Counted from the first letter of the stretch, positions 1 to 13,179 are shown. The stretch: DNA of 64,000 nucleotides from Phyllosticta citribraziliensis (GCF_038025025.1 NW_027117341.1:1984001-2048000); one strand, 5' to 3'. Notes: generated from the sequence alone by a model not told the origin. Numbers and translations are program-made.

Positions 1-70
1 CTCTCCGTTCCTCCTTCTCTCGCTTTCTCCTGTGCGTCACTGGATCGAATGTTGAGCTAACGCGTCGCAG

Positions 71-604
71 ATCCAAGAGCTCAACTACAAAATCACCGTG
101 GCGCTCAACTCGGACGCGCGCTCCGACGTCGAGGGCCTGCGCTGGATCATCACGCGCCGCGCCGTCACGGCGCTCGTCATCGTCGCCGCCGCCATCCTGG
201 CCACCCTGCGCTACTCGTCCTACATGACGCACACGCAGGCCGCCGACCGCAGCGCCCTCTCGTCCTCATCCAAATCCAAATCCAAGCCCTCCAACGCCGG
301 CGGCAACGGCGGCTCTAACGCCTCGTCGTCGTCGTCGTCGTCTCCCGAGCACGCCGCATCGCAGTCGTCCGCGGGCGCCGCTGCCGCGCACGCGACCCAT
401 GGCGACGCCGCGGCCCAGGCCGCCCACCACCACGACGACGACGCGCACGGCAACAGTCCCATCGCGCCGGATGCGGGCGCTGGTGCCGTCTTCGCCGCTG
501 GCGGCGTGTATGGCGGCAGTGCGGCGATGCGCGCGCTGGACCAGCGCGATGGCGGCGCCGGCGACGGCGTCATCGTCAGCGAAGGCGGCGTCAGTCTGGG
601 ATGA
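71..604 (+). CDS. Last exon of a DUF1640/CCDC90-like coiled-coil membrane protein (5' part lies outside the window)
   Basis: Branch GCTAAC and CAG acceptor at 68-70, then IQELNYKITVALNSDARSDVEGLRWIITRRA plus a hydrophobic segment, resembling fungal DUF1640 C-termini. Confidence 0.65.
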   Translation: MQELNYKITVALNSDARSDVEGLRWIITRRAVTALVIVAAAILATLRYSSYMTHTQAADRSALSSSSKSKSKPSNAGGNGGSNASSSSSSSPEHAASQSSAGAAAAHATHGDAAAQAAHHHDDDAHGNSPIAPDAGAGAVFAAGGVYGGSAAMRALDQRDGGAGDGVIVSEGGVSLG

Positions 605-624
605 GCTGAGCTGAGCTGAGCTGA
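602..624 (+). repeat. (GAGCT)n pentanucleotide microsatellite
   Basis: tgagctgagctgagctgagctga starting at the stop codon. Confidence 0.8.
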
Positions 625-2828
625 GGAGGTGCGACTGAACTGGACTGAAAAGGGGGGGAGAGAGAGAGGGTGTGGGTTGTGTGGATATCTTAGCTACAGT
701 TTTAGAAGAGGAGCGGTCCGCGCGAGCGGCAAAAGTTCTTGGTTCACGCGGCGGCAGCAGAAGCAGCAGCAGCAGCGAGGGAGAGAGGGAGGGAGGTTGA
801 AGTGAGGATGGGAGCTGCAGGGCTTGGCTTGGCTTGCCTGGCTGGCTAGGGCTGGTTGGGGCGTCGTGAGTGAAGAAAGAAATGAGCCCTATCCCCCCTG
901 CATACATGCATGCTTTCTGCATGCTTTCTGCACCACCTCTACCACCACCGCTGCCGCCGCCTGCATATCTGCATCTGCATGCAGGGTGGGTGGGTGGGCA
1001 AGGGACTGACGGATGGTGGCAAAGGGACAGACCCGGGAATCGGGCACCTCATCTCATCTCATGTCATATCGTTTCTTCACTGGCGGTCTTGGCGGTGGTG
1101 GGGTGACGGGGAAGTGGGAGATGGGAGAAGTGAGTGAGGACGAGAGAGCGAGCGTGGGTGGGAGTGTGCTGTGTCTGGGCTGGGCGAGAGAGAGAGAGAG
1201 AGAGAGAAGGAAAGGAGGTCTGGAGTGACAAATAGAAAAGATACCCCCCTACCTACATATGTAGCAATCTACAATCTATACAATCTACAAACTTCATCAC
1301 TCTACCTTACTCTACTCTAGTCTTCTTTGTCAGGCCAATCATTGCCACTGCCATCACAGCAATTCAATCCCATGCCGACCTGAGCACTTTCAGGGCACGC
1401 GTGCACTTGCTTCTTCAGGCACGGGGCTTGAAGACGCGCAGGAAGGAACCAGCCTCCTTGCGTCGTCGTCGTCGTGTCGTGTGTAGGTGCAGAAAACATC
1501 GGCACGGCACGGCATGGCATGGGTGGATCGGCGCCGAGGGATGGGAAGTGTGCCTGGATGGGTAGTTGGGTGGGCGAGATGGTGCGTCCTCGCTTGACCT
1601 CTCTTCTCCTAACTTTGCAGATTCCTTGCGATGGGTGGACGCGTCGCGGCACCGCCGCCGTGTGGCATGCAATCACACAACACCCAGACCGTCGTTTCTG
1701 CAGTCTACTAGTCTTCCAGTCTTCCAGTCTTCCCTAAGAAACTAGGGACAGCCTCCACATACTGCATACTGCATGTTCCTTTAGCAGAACTGCCGGCTTT
1801 GTATTCGAGCAGCAGTGCCGAAGCGTAGGTGCGTAGAGGAGGGTTGGCGGGTTGGCGTGCGATGGTGGTGGAGCACTGCCTGTGGTTTTGAGGAAGGTGT
1901 TTTTGTAGATAGGGGGCATGGCATGACCGCATTCTACCGCCCTATGGGCCTTACGCTTCTGATCACTGATGACGGGGGCGAGGTATCAAGGTATGCAGCA
2001 CGGCGCTGGTGGTGGGAGCAGGCTACCTATCCTGTTCTGTTTGGCGGCGACTGGGGCTACGCGCTGTTTTCGGTGCGCGGGCGATCGTCGTCTTGGGTTA
2101 CAAGCCGCAGTATCGTTGGCTGTGCGGACGCGGGGTTGTTGATGCAGGATTAGTGCGAGCGACGGGAGAGCTGGTACTGCGCACTGGGCTGGGCATATAC
2201 TTGAGCTGATGCATGTGTCGTGATTTCTTGATTGTCTATCGTAAGGTGAGAGGAAAGGCAGGAAGGGGAACGGGGTTTGTTGGTGATTGTGAGTAGGACT
2301 ACTCAGTGCAGAAGCCGCAGTGTACATGTATTGTCGTGGTGAAGAAGGCCTATCCACTAAATCCCTCGCAACAAGTCCACCTCATGGCGCGCCCAAAGAG
2401 CAGGGGAAGCACCGGCCTTTTGTTCCGTAAAGCCCTTTCATAACCTCCTTCCCGTTGAGCTTTCTCGATGTCCGATTGTGCCGCGTCTTTTGTCGACGGA
2501 AGAGGTGTCTATGCCGTGTGTTGTCCGGATATCGCGAAGGGTGAATTAAACGTGGTAGAGAGGGTAGCTGGAGATTGGTCAGTTAGGCACGTCAAATGTG
2601 GAAGGGATGTTGAGGGGACTGACCGGCGGGGGGTAGGTGAACTGACCACTGTATGGATTGCGGCCGTCACTTGTCGCTGTACGCCCCTAGCTTGCCGACG
2701 TCGTGATCTGACTGATGGCTGGCGTTTGTGACGGCTTTGGCTGCGCAATTGCTTTGCAAGGCTGCTGGAATGGACGCTCTTTCTGATTGCTTGTGTCCGT
2801 CACTGAGTTGAGAAGTGTACGTGCTGTG

Positions 2829-3290
2829 TCAACGCCTGGCCAAAAGTCTCGCTCCACTGGTCGCCAATCGACCGAAAAGACTCAACACCCGGGTAATGAA
2901 GAACTCGGCTAGAAGACGCACGACCTCCTCCTGTTCTGCAACGTAAGCCTGCCCGCGGTGCTGGATAGTATCATCCTGCCAGAAATAATCGAAATGCTCC
3001 ATCTCAAGGAACTCCTCCAGAGCCTCAGTGAAAACTTCCGGCTCAAGACATTCATCATCGCCCTCGAATGGCTGCCTGCCCCGGTTGGTGAACAGACTGG
3101 CGTAGTGCTCTCTGTCTGGGTCGAAGGTCTCGATGAAGAGGCGCAGTTTGGCCGCCTCGTGAGGGAAGGATTGGGTGAACTTGAGCATGTCGTAGATGTG
3201 GTGGAGCCGATATGCTTTGCGGAGGTGGCGGCACAGATCTTTTTCACCGCTGCGGTAGGCTCTGCGGAGATCGTTCAGAGAAGACGCCAT
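2829..3290 (-). CDS. Orphan family A, copy 1 (153 aa)
   Basis: Intact ORF sharing HLRxAYRLHxIY..FI..FD..PF..DxCL..F..FW with two neighbouring ORFs. Confidence 0.7.
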   Translation of the reverse strand: MASSLNDLRRAYRSGEKDLCRHLRKAYRLHHIYDMLKFTQSFPHEAAKLRLFIETFDPDREHYASLFTNRGRQPFEGDDECLEPEVFTEALEEFLEMEHFDYFWQDDTIQHRGQAYVAEQEEVVRLLAEFFITRVLSLFGRLATSGARLLARR

Positions 3291-3504
3291 GATGGTATTG
3301 GGAGCGTTGGGTTCTCATGATCTGTTGTTGGGGCATTGTTGCATATTTAAGAGGGTCGGGGGTTTGCACGGCTTGCTTGACGGCTTCGTGGAAGCATGGT
3401 TGCGTTTGCTGGAATGAATTGTACAGTCGCTTGGGTTGGTTGTGTTTGTCACTGAGTTGAGATGTGTTGGCGCTGTATGGCCGATTGTCTCGCTCAGCGC
3501 GTCA

Positions 3505-4041
3505 TCAACCGCGGCGCGAGCGGTGGCGTCTGCGACCACGGCTGTGGCCAACGCTGCGGCTACGGCTGCGGCTAGGGCTGCTGCTCCTGAGACCCTGAAA
3601 GGACTGAAAGAGCTTGAGGACGAAGCTGAAGCCAGTGCGGAGAACGCGGGCCGCCAAAAGCTTCGCATGCCTCTCCTGGCGCCCAACGCAAAGCCGCTTG
3701 CGATGCCGAACATTATCATGACGCCAGAAGTCCTCGAAGTCCTCGAGGTTCAGGAAGGCGTCCAGGGCCGCGCGGAACTTGTCCGGGTCCAGGCACTCGT
3801 CATCCCAGTAGAAGGGAAACCAGCCGCGTCGGTTGGTGAAGAGATGGTCGTAAAATTCCTCGTTTGGATCGAAGGAGTGGATGAAGAGATCCAGAGCGGC
3901 GGCGTTGGCAGGGAAAGTTTGAGTGAACTTGAGCATGTCGTAGATGCCGTGGAGACGGTACGCTCGGCGGATGTGATGCTGCAGGTCTTCTCCCTTGCCG
4001 GAGTAGTAGCTTCGGAAGTCGATGGGAGGAGAGGACGACAT
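3505..4041 (-). CDS. Orphan family A, copy 2
   Basis: MSSSPPIDFRSYYSGKGEDLQHHIRRAYRLHGIYDMLKFTQTFP, closely similar to copy 1, including upstream non-coding motifs. Confidence 0.7.
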   Translation of the reverse strand: MSSSPPIDFRSYYSGKGEDLQHHIRRAYRLHGIYDMLKFTQTFPANAAALDLFIHSFDPNEEFYDHLFTNRRGWFPFYWDDECLDPDKFRAALDAFLNLEDFEDFWRHDNVRHRKRLCVGRQERHAKLLAARVLRTGFSFVLKLFQSFQGLRSSSPSRSRSRSVGHSRGRRRHRSRRG

Positions 4042-5434
4042 GAGGATGGGAGGAGACGGAGAAGAAGAGGAGGAAGAAGAAAAGAAACACATGGTGGTGG
4101 TGGGAGCGTGGGTTCTCGTGATGTGATCTGTTGAGGAGTTGTTGAATCTTCGCGAGGGTCTGGATTTTGCTTTTGCACGGGTTGCTTGACGCCGTCGTAT
4201 GTATTATGTCGTCGCCGAGCATGGTCGACGCTCACCGAATAAAGCAATCATCTTGGGATGGCGGCGCTCTCGCACTTTCATCCCTGACAGAGATCCTGTG
4301 TGCTGCCAAAATCCAGCTACTATTTAGATGTCACCCCCTGAGTGAGAATCTGTGACAAACATCTCTGAAAAAACAAGGAGTTTTGCCCATTCTCAATATT
4401 TTTGCACAATTTTGGAGATCTTCTTTTGAGTCTGGAGTGCGAAATAGGATGTTTTGGCTAAAAGATGCTGGTTGCCGAAGAAGTGTGGCATCTGCAACAG
4501 AAAGCTCACCTCCTGATATCCCACAGCTAGTAGTTTGGTGGCCGAAAGGCGGTGCGGCGCTGGCACTTGCGTGAGTGATTCTTTTCTTCATGTCGTGTTG
4601 AAATGTTTGGTTGAGAGCGGGTGTGTCGTAGAAACATGGCGTGGCTTTTTCTCAATCGTCAAGCGATGTGATGGATACACGGCAGAGCATTCCGCTTCGG
4701 ATGAGCTGGGGTATGGAGAATGTGGCAGTAGAAGCGTCTTATGCGGCGGGAGGGCGGGTGGAAGGAACCGGGACTGCTGGTGGAGGAGATTGAAGATATC
4801 GTTGTCGTGGTGGCCGTAAGATGGAGCCGGAAATTTTGATGTCAGGACTGGATCTCGAATGCCCCTGAGCACCGTTGTCGGCCCGGGACATCTCGGATTA
4901 CTGTAGAAGCGTGTGAAAGCTCCTCATGTGCCGAAATCCTCGCTTTTCCAGTTGCTGCTGAGCTAGCCTCAGAAGTATCCATGCCCGGATTGTGTCTGTC
5001 CCCGCCGGCGGGCGTCGTGGGCGGCGGGACGTCATCAGTGTTATTTCCTCCGGTCGTCTTTTGGGCGCGTCTCCAGTTGCGTCCTCTCCCAGACAAAACA
5101 ACATACGTCCTGGGCTTCCCTGAGCTCTGGGAACTCTTTCACAATTGAATCTCGCCGGATTTGAGCACTCCATCATCGCCAAATCATTTGCGACGGTCAA
5201 GTCACTGGGCTGCTCGCCGCTCGCCTTCGCCGGCGCCCGCACGCGCTCTTCACTTCCACCATTTTCAACGAGCTCGACTCTTTGCGACCGCAAATTTTGG
5301 TATAGCCTTGAAACATCCATCACCAATTGTAACCTCCAGACAGCACATGAAGCTGACGGTCGAAACACCTTAGATGATCAAGTGTGCCTCGCGTCGAGAC
5401 AACTTCCCCCACCACACCGGACCACCCGCCCACG

Positions 5435-6037
5435 ATGGCTTCGCTGTTTCTTTTTGCTCCTGAGCTCGAGGCCCACTACCGCGGCCATGATCTCACGCCG
5501 CACCTGCGCGAGGCATATCGACTTCACTACATCTACGAATTCTTCAAGCCAATCAAAGCAATGTCGATCGTGGCCAAGCAGTTGGAGATCTTCATCGATT
5601 TCTTCGACTTCGACGGTGCCGTTTTCCACAAGCTCTTCAACAAGTCGATTCTCGGCTGCTTCACGTACAAGAAATCTCCATTTAGCGTGACCGACCCCTG
5701 CCTCGGCCGCGAGATGTTTACAAAGGCCGTCGACGCTTTCATGGCCTTGCCGTTCTTTGCGCCCTTCTGGCAGCACCCGACGATTGAGCAGCGCGCGAAG
5801 GTTGTCATGCGCCATGAGCAGCGCCTTGAGCCGATGCGCGCTCGCTATGCTGCGCGCGTCATTGCCATGTCGTTGACTCATCGTCCCCACGCTGGCGGTC
5901 TGACCAGTTTCGCGCCTTTCCGGATTGCGCGCGTGATGGCTTGGCTGGTCAGTGGCGAGATCTACTCACAGATGTTTGACATTCTGCTAATGCATTCAAT
6001 CAGGATCTTGCTGGCGACGAGTTGCGCACTTGATTGA
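5435..6037 (+). CDS. Orphan family A, copy 3 (inverted, more diverged; 3' end uncertain)
   Basis: MASLFLFAPELEAHYRGHDLTPHLREAYRLHYIYEFFK..LEIFIDFFD..PFSVTDPCL..FAPFWQH. Confidence 0.65.
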   Translation: MASLFLFAPELEAHYRGHDLTPHLREAYRLHYIYEFFKPIKAMSIVAKQLEIFIDFFDFDGAVFHKLFNKSILGCFTYKKSPFSVTDPCLGREMFTKAVDAFMALPFFAPFWQHPTIEQRAKVVMRHEQRLEPMRARYAARVIAMSLTHRPHAGGLTSFAPFRIARVMAWLVSGEIYSQMFDILLMHSIRILLATSCALD

Positions 6038-6375
6038 CGGTTGCTTGGTCGCTAATCTGCCCATACCATTGGCGATGAGCACTCACAGATGATACGAAGG
6101 GAAATTGGGATGATTGCGTTATGAAAGGGAAGGACATTTGGGGTTTTTGTCCCCAGCAGTCGATACGGTAAGCTGAACATGGTTCTTCTCCCTGCGAGTA
6201 CATGAGACTGACGGCAAAACAGGCGTGGATACTACGGCCCACTTTTCCCCACTCATTGGCTTACACAGTGCAAGTAGAAAATGGAGAAGTGACTTACGAA
6301 ATGGAGTTCTCCCACCCGTGGATGATTGATTGGCGACCATGAAGCAATAACGCGTCCAGAATCCCGTCCCAACTC

Positions 6376-8338
6376 TCACACCTGCACCATCAGCGCTCCC
6401 CTCTCCGTCAAGAACCCCATGTACCTCACCTTACACATCCTCCTCCACCTCTTCCCCCAGAATCCCAACGCCACACCTCCCACCAAACTCCCCATAACAA
6501 GCGCCCCAAACACCGTAAAAGCAACGCCATACCCCGCCGCCTCAATAAACGGCTGCACGGCATAACTAACAGCGAAATTAACACAACTGGAGCAAATCGC
6601 CAACACAACGACCAACTCGCCACCGACGTCGGCAAAGCAGTCCATCGCATAAGCCGTCGCCACGCCGCTGGCGCCCACCTGCTGCGCAATCATGCCGCCT
6701 AGTCCGACCGCGACGACGGCCCAGTGCAGCCCGCGCGCCGCGCCCCACCCGTACAGCAGGTAGCCGGCGCCGCCGTACACGGAGCACGGCGCCAGCGCCC
6801 ACAGCCGCATCTCGGGCTCTTTGACGCCGCCGTTGCGGCGCGCGAGGCGCAGCACCAGCGCGTCGGAGAGCGGCCCGCTGGTCGTGTAGCCCATGATGGC
6901 GCCGACGAGAGCGGCGAGGCAGAGGAGCCCGGTCGAGGTTGTGCTCCAGTTGTAGGGCGGCGCGGTGAGGATTTCGGAGACTGTTTGGTGAGCGTTAAGG
7001 GTGTGCTTATGGAGGTGGTGGCGCGGATGGGTGGATCAGGGGGAGCGGGAAGGACCTTACCTGTGTTGAACGACACAATGCCTGCAGTGCACGCGAACGC
7101 AAAGATGAATCCTGGGATTACGATGTTGGGGAAGGTGAAGAGGTAAAAAGGCAGCTTGAAGTAGTGCCAGTACGACGTGCGGTCCTGCTCGTAGTACGTC
7201 CACAGCTTCAGCCGCTGCGGCCAAGTTCGCGCAGGGATGTCAGGCACGATGGCGCCAACATCAACATCTGAGACGGAGACGTCTGAATTACGCGGTTTCT
7301 TGCCCTCCATGTCAAGGTGTCCGGCCTCGTCGTTGTTGGTTTCCGCAGGGAGCGCAGGCGCCGTAGTTGTCGATGTGGCGATGTTTGCCCCATGACTAGT
7401 AAAGAGGAAGCGCGGAAACATCGTTTCCTCAAAAGTGAACAGCAGCAGGAGAAGCACGCCGCCATTGATAATGGCCGAGATGTACTGCGACCACCGCCAG
7501 CCAAGCGCATCGGCAACGCTGCCGCCAGCGACGAGACCAAGGCTGCAATCTCGCGTCAGCCCACGACAAACTCGATGCCCTTGGGTAGGTAGTAACTCAC
7601 ATAGACCCCAGCTGCTGGCCAAACAGATATACCGACAGCGCGCGGCCCCGCTGGTGTACGAAGAACATGTCGAACACGCACAGCTGGATGACGGCCTCGT
7701 AAGCGCTGGTCCCGAAGCCTCCCAACACCATGGAAAGCATCCACTGCACCGTGCCGTGGAAGAAACCTGTCCACAGTGCAGATGATAGAGTCAGAATGGT
7801 GGTTAATAGGAGCACGGGTCGACGCCCAATCTTCATGCATGCGGGGATCCAGAAGATGTTGACGAAGCCGAGAAGCAGGTAGTTGAGGGCGCTGCCACCG
7901 TTCATGTTGGTCAGCGAGACGCCCGTGTCTTGGCTGACGGTTGTCCATGCCGCTGGTCATTGTCAGATTTGCGTTTGCGTATGGTGATGGCTGTTCTACC
8001 CCCGAGAATGTTTTCGCCGTATGAAAAGGAACATGCGTACAGCGACAGCAGGAAGAGCTGATAGTACTTTTTGTATTTGCTCCAATTCTGGTATCTCGTC
8101 AGTCATGTAGTTGCAAGAGTAGTTTGTTCCACGCACCAACGGATCGCCGCCGCAAAGCGTGGGTTGTGGCAGCAAGACAATGTCCGAAGTCCCCGCCCCG
8201 GCGTGCGAGACGTCAAGGTTGTGGCTTACTACCCCCGACGATCAGCGATTGGCACGCACAAAGCACAATGTCCATACCATCAACCAGGTACTCGGTGCCT
8301 GGAACATCTTCGACGGTATCCATCGGGAGCACGGACAT
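6376..8338 (-). CDS. MFS transporter (HOL1/DHA1-like), multi-exon
   Basis: Exons encode LLPQPTLCGGDPL, KIGRRPVLL, DMFFVHQRGRALSVY, LGWRW, FEETMF and KEPEMRLW motifs, with many TM segments. Confidence 0.88.
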
Positions 8339-8708
8339 GGTCGAGTGGTTAACTGTTTCGATGTCAGGTCGTTTGGGCACAAGACCAGCCGGCCGCCAGA
8401 GCAGATGATATTTATCTATTCTGCCGCCACCACTATCGCAACCTACGCCGTCACGTATCTGATTTGATCCATATCCTCGGTCAAGATTGACGGGGGCCCT
8501 CGATAGATGATAGAATGGGCGAAGGAAGGAAAGATGGAGTGAAGGTCCAAGCGGGTCTCGCTGCAGGAGAGGCCCCCGCCGCTGCTGCTTATCACATCCA
8601 GCCAGCCAGCCAGCCGAGCAACCCACCCCACACTCGGCTCACTCAGTTGATCCTCGTCACCCCTGCCACAAAAAGTCAGAGACCATTTTTTCACAAGTGG
8701 GATTCGGT

Positions 8709-10570
8709 TCACGCCAGACTCATGTTGCGGCTGAAGGGAGCGACGAAGATTCCCCAGTCGTTCAGCTCGGATGCCCCGCTCGGCGTCGCCCCCGTCGTCG
8801 TCGGCGGCGGCGGCGACTTTGCTGGTTTGATCTCGCGCTCTTGCCACACGGCCGTTATCACCGACCGCGTCTTCAGCGCGTTGGCTACGCTCGTCTTGGA
8901 CATGTGGTCGAGCGCCTTGAGGATGAGTGGCCGCCCGTATACTGGCTGTTTGGTTTCCGGGTCCGTCCAAATTTCGTCTTGCAATGGGTCCAGCTCCGCC
9001 GCTGCGACGAATACGGGCCATGTCAGGGCTGCTGTAATGTCCCGGTCGACGCAGTAGGCCACGTGCTTGAGGATTTGCCGGACGTGATCGACGACAAGGG
9101 GTGTCGTTGGCGACGCTCCATACAGAGCACAGTAGAGGTACACTACTGTCGCCAAACGCTTCATCTCGGCAGATCGCCATAGGAGCTCGTCGCCAGGGTC
9201 GCGCATTGTTTGTACGAGGCTAGCAAGTCGCCGCTCGAGCTTTTCCGCCTCGATTGCAAACTTGTCCTTGGACGCCGCTTCTGGATCCACGCGCTGCAGA
9301 CGACAAAGATCGGTAATGGAAAATACAATCGAAATCAACTCCGGACTCCCGCCAAGCCAAGCGTCGACTTCTTGGTCATCCGACTTCCAGTAGTCGCGGC
9401 CAAAAATGGGAACCTCGCCGCATGCTGTGCGTCCAATGACATCCTGATATGCAAAGAAGCGCTCGGAAAAATGGAGAAGAGAGTCGGGAGTGGCTCCCGC
9501 GAGGAGTTTCTTTCGCGTGACAAACAGGTCCCGCGCGCCTTTGAGATGTATCACCCACCGCTCGTCGCACTTGTTGATGATCTCGTACATGCAGAGCATC
9601 ATCATGATGATCGGCACCTCTGGGTCCAGCGCGACTTTGGAGGGATCTTCCGATATCAAACGCTTTCTCAAGGTGTGCAACACTTTTCCTTCGAGTTGCA
9701 TGGCCACTGGCTTCCACGAGCGATTTGCTTTGGCAAGATGCCGTGCAGCCAAGGCCAGGACTGAGTCGAGAGCGTTTGGAGAAGCTGATAAAATGAAGGG
9801 CACGACCAAAGATGCAAAAGGAGACTTGGAGCGAACGCTGGGTGTCGTTAGAGGGCATAGTCGGTCCAGGTAGTAGTTTAACAGCGAGGCGAGCGAGCGA
9901 TCTTCGAGCTGAGGAAATGCTTTTGGAGAGTAGAGTATCGAGTCCATGGGCGACGTAAATGACCCGCGAGGACTTGTCACGTAGGGAAGGGAGAAAAATT
10001 GGCCTGATGTTTCGAGTCCCGAAGCGGAGGAACATGGAGATCCGGGACTCTCCGGCATCGTGATGAGAGCGCCATAATGACCAGACAACGCGCTCAGCTC
10101 TTCTTGCTCGGCCAGGTTGTCTTCAAATCCATCGACGGTGCTGTTTACGAAATGGTAGGGCTGGATCTGAGGCAGAGGGAGCCACCGCAGAGCCTCCGGG
10201 TCAGCGTTCGGCGGTTCATCTGAGGAACTTCCGTTCTTGTTCCAAACCTGTCCGAGGTCAGATGTACTCTGTCAATGTCTTTTCCGCTTGTCATACTCCA
10301 CATCTGCCAAACGCAAGCCCTCGACTGGCGTACTCTTGCTCCCATTTCAAGGCGACGCCGCGCTGGCACTCTAGGTTCTTGGACTGGCAGTTGGAGCACG
10401 TCGGCTTGCCTTCATCGCAGCCTGTACAAGGCACGTCAGTCGGAGGATAAAAAGCCAAGGCGTAGTACAGCGTAGCACGTACGAATCTTCCTCTTGCGGC
10501 AGGTTAAGCAACCGGACCGCGAGCGGGACTTTGGGGGCTGGTTCCCATTGGTGGCCTTACGACGCGGCAT
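8709..10570 (-). CDS. Zn2Cys6 transcription factor with fungal-specific TF domain (acr-2-like)
   Basis: RSRSGCLTCRKRKI|CDEGKPTCSNCQSKNLEC across intron 10422-10482; C-terminal WVIHLKGA, YQDVIGR, LTWPVFVAA. Confidence 0.9.
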
Positions 10571-10838
10571 CTGTTTTGGAACCGCAGAGTATCGATTTCG
10601 TCGTGGAACTGGGCTGAGTCTTGCCGGTAAACAATGCGGCGGTTGCCGATATCTTTGTGTGATTGAGGCGTTGGGTGTAAACGGAGAGGTGTGGAAGGTC
10701 CACGCGCAGCGTAACGCCATGTGCCCCGCATCGCCAGCGGCCCGTGCCCGTCGACCCATGTGGCTTCTCGACCACCAACGTCGGCCTACATAAGACATGG
10801 CGCCGAAATGAATTCGAGGGCGAGCAAAGCCCTCGCTC

Positions 10839-12267
10839 ATGGCCTCTCAGCTAAATCATTCCAGTTCCGTCCTCATTGTAGGCTGCGGCACGTGGGGCAG
10901 CTCCACGGCGCTGCACTTGGCACGGCGTGGCTACAAAGACGTCACTGTCCTCGATCCGTACCCTGTCCCATCGGCCATTTCCGCAGGCAACGATGTGAAC
11001 AAGATCGTAGAGCAAGGTATGCCTTGACTCGTTCGGCATGGGTTGTTGAAGCCTGACGGAACGACAGGCTCCTTTTCAGGCCGCGACAACGACGAAGAAT
11101 ACGCCAACAACAAACTGCTGGACGACGCGACTGAAGCCTGGCGGACGGATCCAGTCTTCAAGCCCTTTTACCATGATACGGGCTACATCATTGCAGGAAC
11201 ACGGCCCGAAACGATCGAGTGGCTGCTCGTCCGCGAGCAACCTACTCCAGAGAATGGCTTTCGAGAAGTCAACACCCCTGAAGAGTTTCGAAAAACGATG
11301 CCGGACGGCGTTTTGACTGGCAGCTTTCCCGGCTGGAAAGGCTGGTACAAGTCCACTGGTGCCGGCTGGGTCCATGCGAGAAAGGCGCTAGTGTCGGCGG
11401 CCATGGAAGCGCAGCGGCTCGGTGTCAGGCTAGTCACTGGCAGTCCGCAGGGTCAAGTGACAAGCTTGATCTTTGAAAATGGCGATGTGAGAGGTGCAAA
11501 GACTGCCGATGGAAAGGAGTGGCGTGCCGTCCGAACTATCCTCTGCGCCGGAGCGACTGCTCCCCAATTGGTCGACATGAAGGACCAGCTAAGACCGACA
11601 GCCTGGACGCTGTCGCACATTAAAATGACTCCAGAAGAAGCAAAGCTGTACCGCAACCTGCCAGTGCTCTTCAATGTAGAGCGGTCAGTTTCTCCATTCC
11701 CAAAATAATCGTCACTGACACAAAAACAGAGGCTTCTTCATGGAGCCAGACGAAGACAACCACGAGCTGAAGATATGCGACGAGCATCCGGGGTACCTGA
11801 ATCTGCTCACCGACCCAGCAACAGGAAAGACTTCATCCGTCCCTTTTGCCAAGCACCAAGTTCCCCTTGAAGCCGAGCAGCGCGCGCGGCATTTCCTGCG
11901 CGAGGCCATGCCGCATCTCGCCGAGCGTCCCTTTAGCTTTGCGCGGATATGCTGGTGCGCAGATACGCCCAACCGTGCCTTTCTCATCACGCCGCACCCC
12001 GACCACAAGAGCCTGATTCTCGGCGTCGGAGCCAGCGGACATGGCTTCATGCACATTCCCATCATCGGCCGCTACATTGCCGACTGCATGGAGGGAAAGC
12101 TGGATGACCGCGTCAAGAGAAGTTGGAGGTGGAGGCCGGAGACTGCGGTGAATAGAGATTGGAAAGACACGCTGCACAGGTTCGGCGGTGGTGATCAAGT
12201 GATGGATTTCCAAGATGTCAAAGACGGTGAGTGGACGGCCATTCGTCCAAGGCCCGCGGCTCTGTGA
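10839..12267 (+). CDS. Fructosyl amino acid oxidase (amadoriase), FAD-dependent
   Basis: LIVGCGTWGSSTALHLARRGY, SAGNDVNKI, KICDEHPGY, ARICWCADTP, ASGHGF, WRWRPETA; two introns. Confidence 0.93.
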
Positions 12268-12312
12268 AGCAAGTTTTGGGTCGCTTCGGCCCTGTGGCCC
12301 ATGCCTGTTCAA

Positions 12313-13179
12313 TCACAAGCCATACTCGCTGAAAAGTTTGGAAACGTGCGTCGCCTGTGATTCCTGTGCCAATCTGGAGAAATCCTGCAGCTCCTCGTCA
12401 CTGAGCTTTCTCCCCGAGCTCATCCCGCAAAATGGTTGTCGTCGAGAATTGATCCACTGCATCGGTAGTTTGCCGTCGGCTTCCACTTCCATGGCCAAAT
12501 CCTCCAGTCTTCCAGCCATTTGAAGCCCGTTGTTGGAGCTTGCTTGAGCAGACGACGGCTTCAGTCCGAACGACAAGTTCAGTCGAATCCCGTCTAGGCA
12601 GTTGATGATTTGTTGGGTTTTCTCTTTGTCCAGTTCATAGCACTTCGTTTCGTCGTTGTCGAGCCCTGCAATTAGCATCTCGGATACGCCGAGGCATGCA
12701 ATCGCGTGAGAGAAGAGTTCAAGTTGACGCTTTTTCTTCCCCTCGACCAGCTCTTCTTTGTTCTCCCAGAGCCCGATGTCCAAATTGATCATGTCGGCGG
12801 CCATCCACGACGTGAGTCCCTCGTGTCTGATGCAGTAACCTTTGACGTAGGCTTTGGCTCGCGCCGTTTGCAATGACTTCGACAGCTCTGGTTTGGTCCC
12901 CCGGAGCTTTTCCATAATCTCGATCTCGTGGAAAATGGCTGTGTTTTTCAAGTGCATTCTCGCAAAGGTAAAGTCTTCTACGCCAGGGTTTAGGCGCAAT
13001 CCTATCCCAATTCCCACTTCAACTCCGAGCAGTGAGGAAACGCCGATGACAGCACCAATATGAGCGCTAAGAAACCTGCGGCCCGTTCTGAGAGTGGCGT
13101 CATTAGCATGCGGCCCGCAAATAGAGAGTTTTATCCGTCAGAGTAGTCACACGTACTGGAAGATACGTGAAGAAGTCAT
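12313..13179 (-). CDS. Orphan family B, copy 1; N-terminal hydrophobic segment
   Basis: MTSSRIFQ|TGRRFLSAHIGAVIGVSSLLGV.. with phase-2 intron 13088-13156 (GTACGT..GCTAAT..CAG). Confidence 0.6.
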
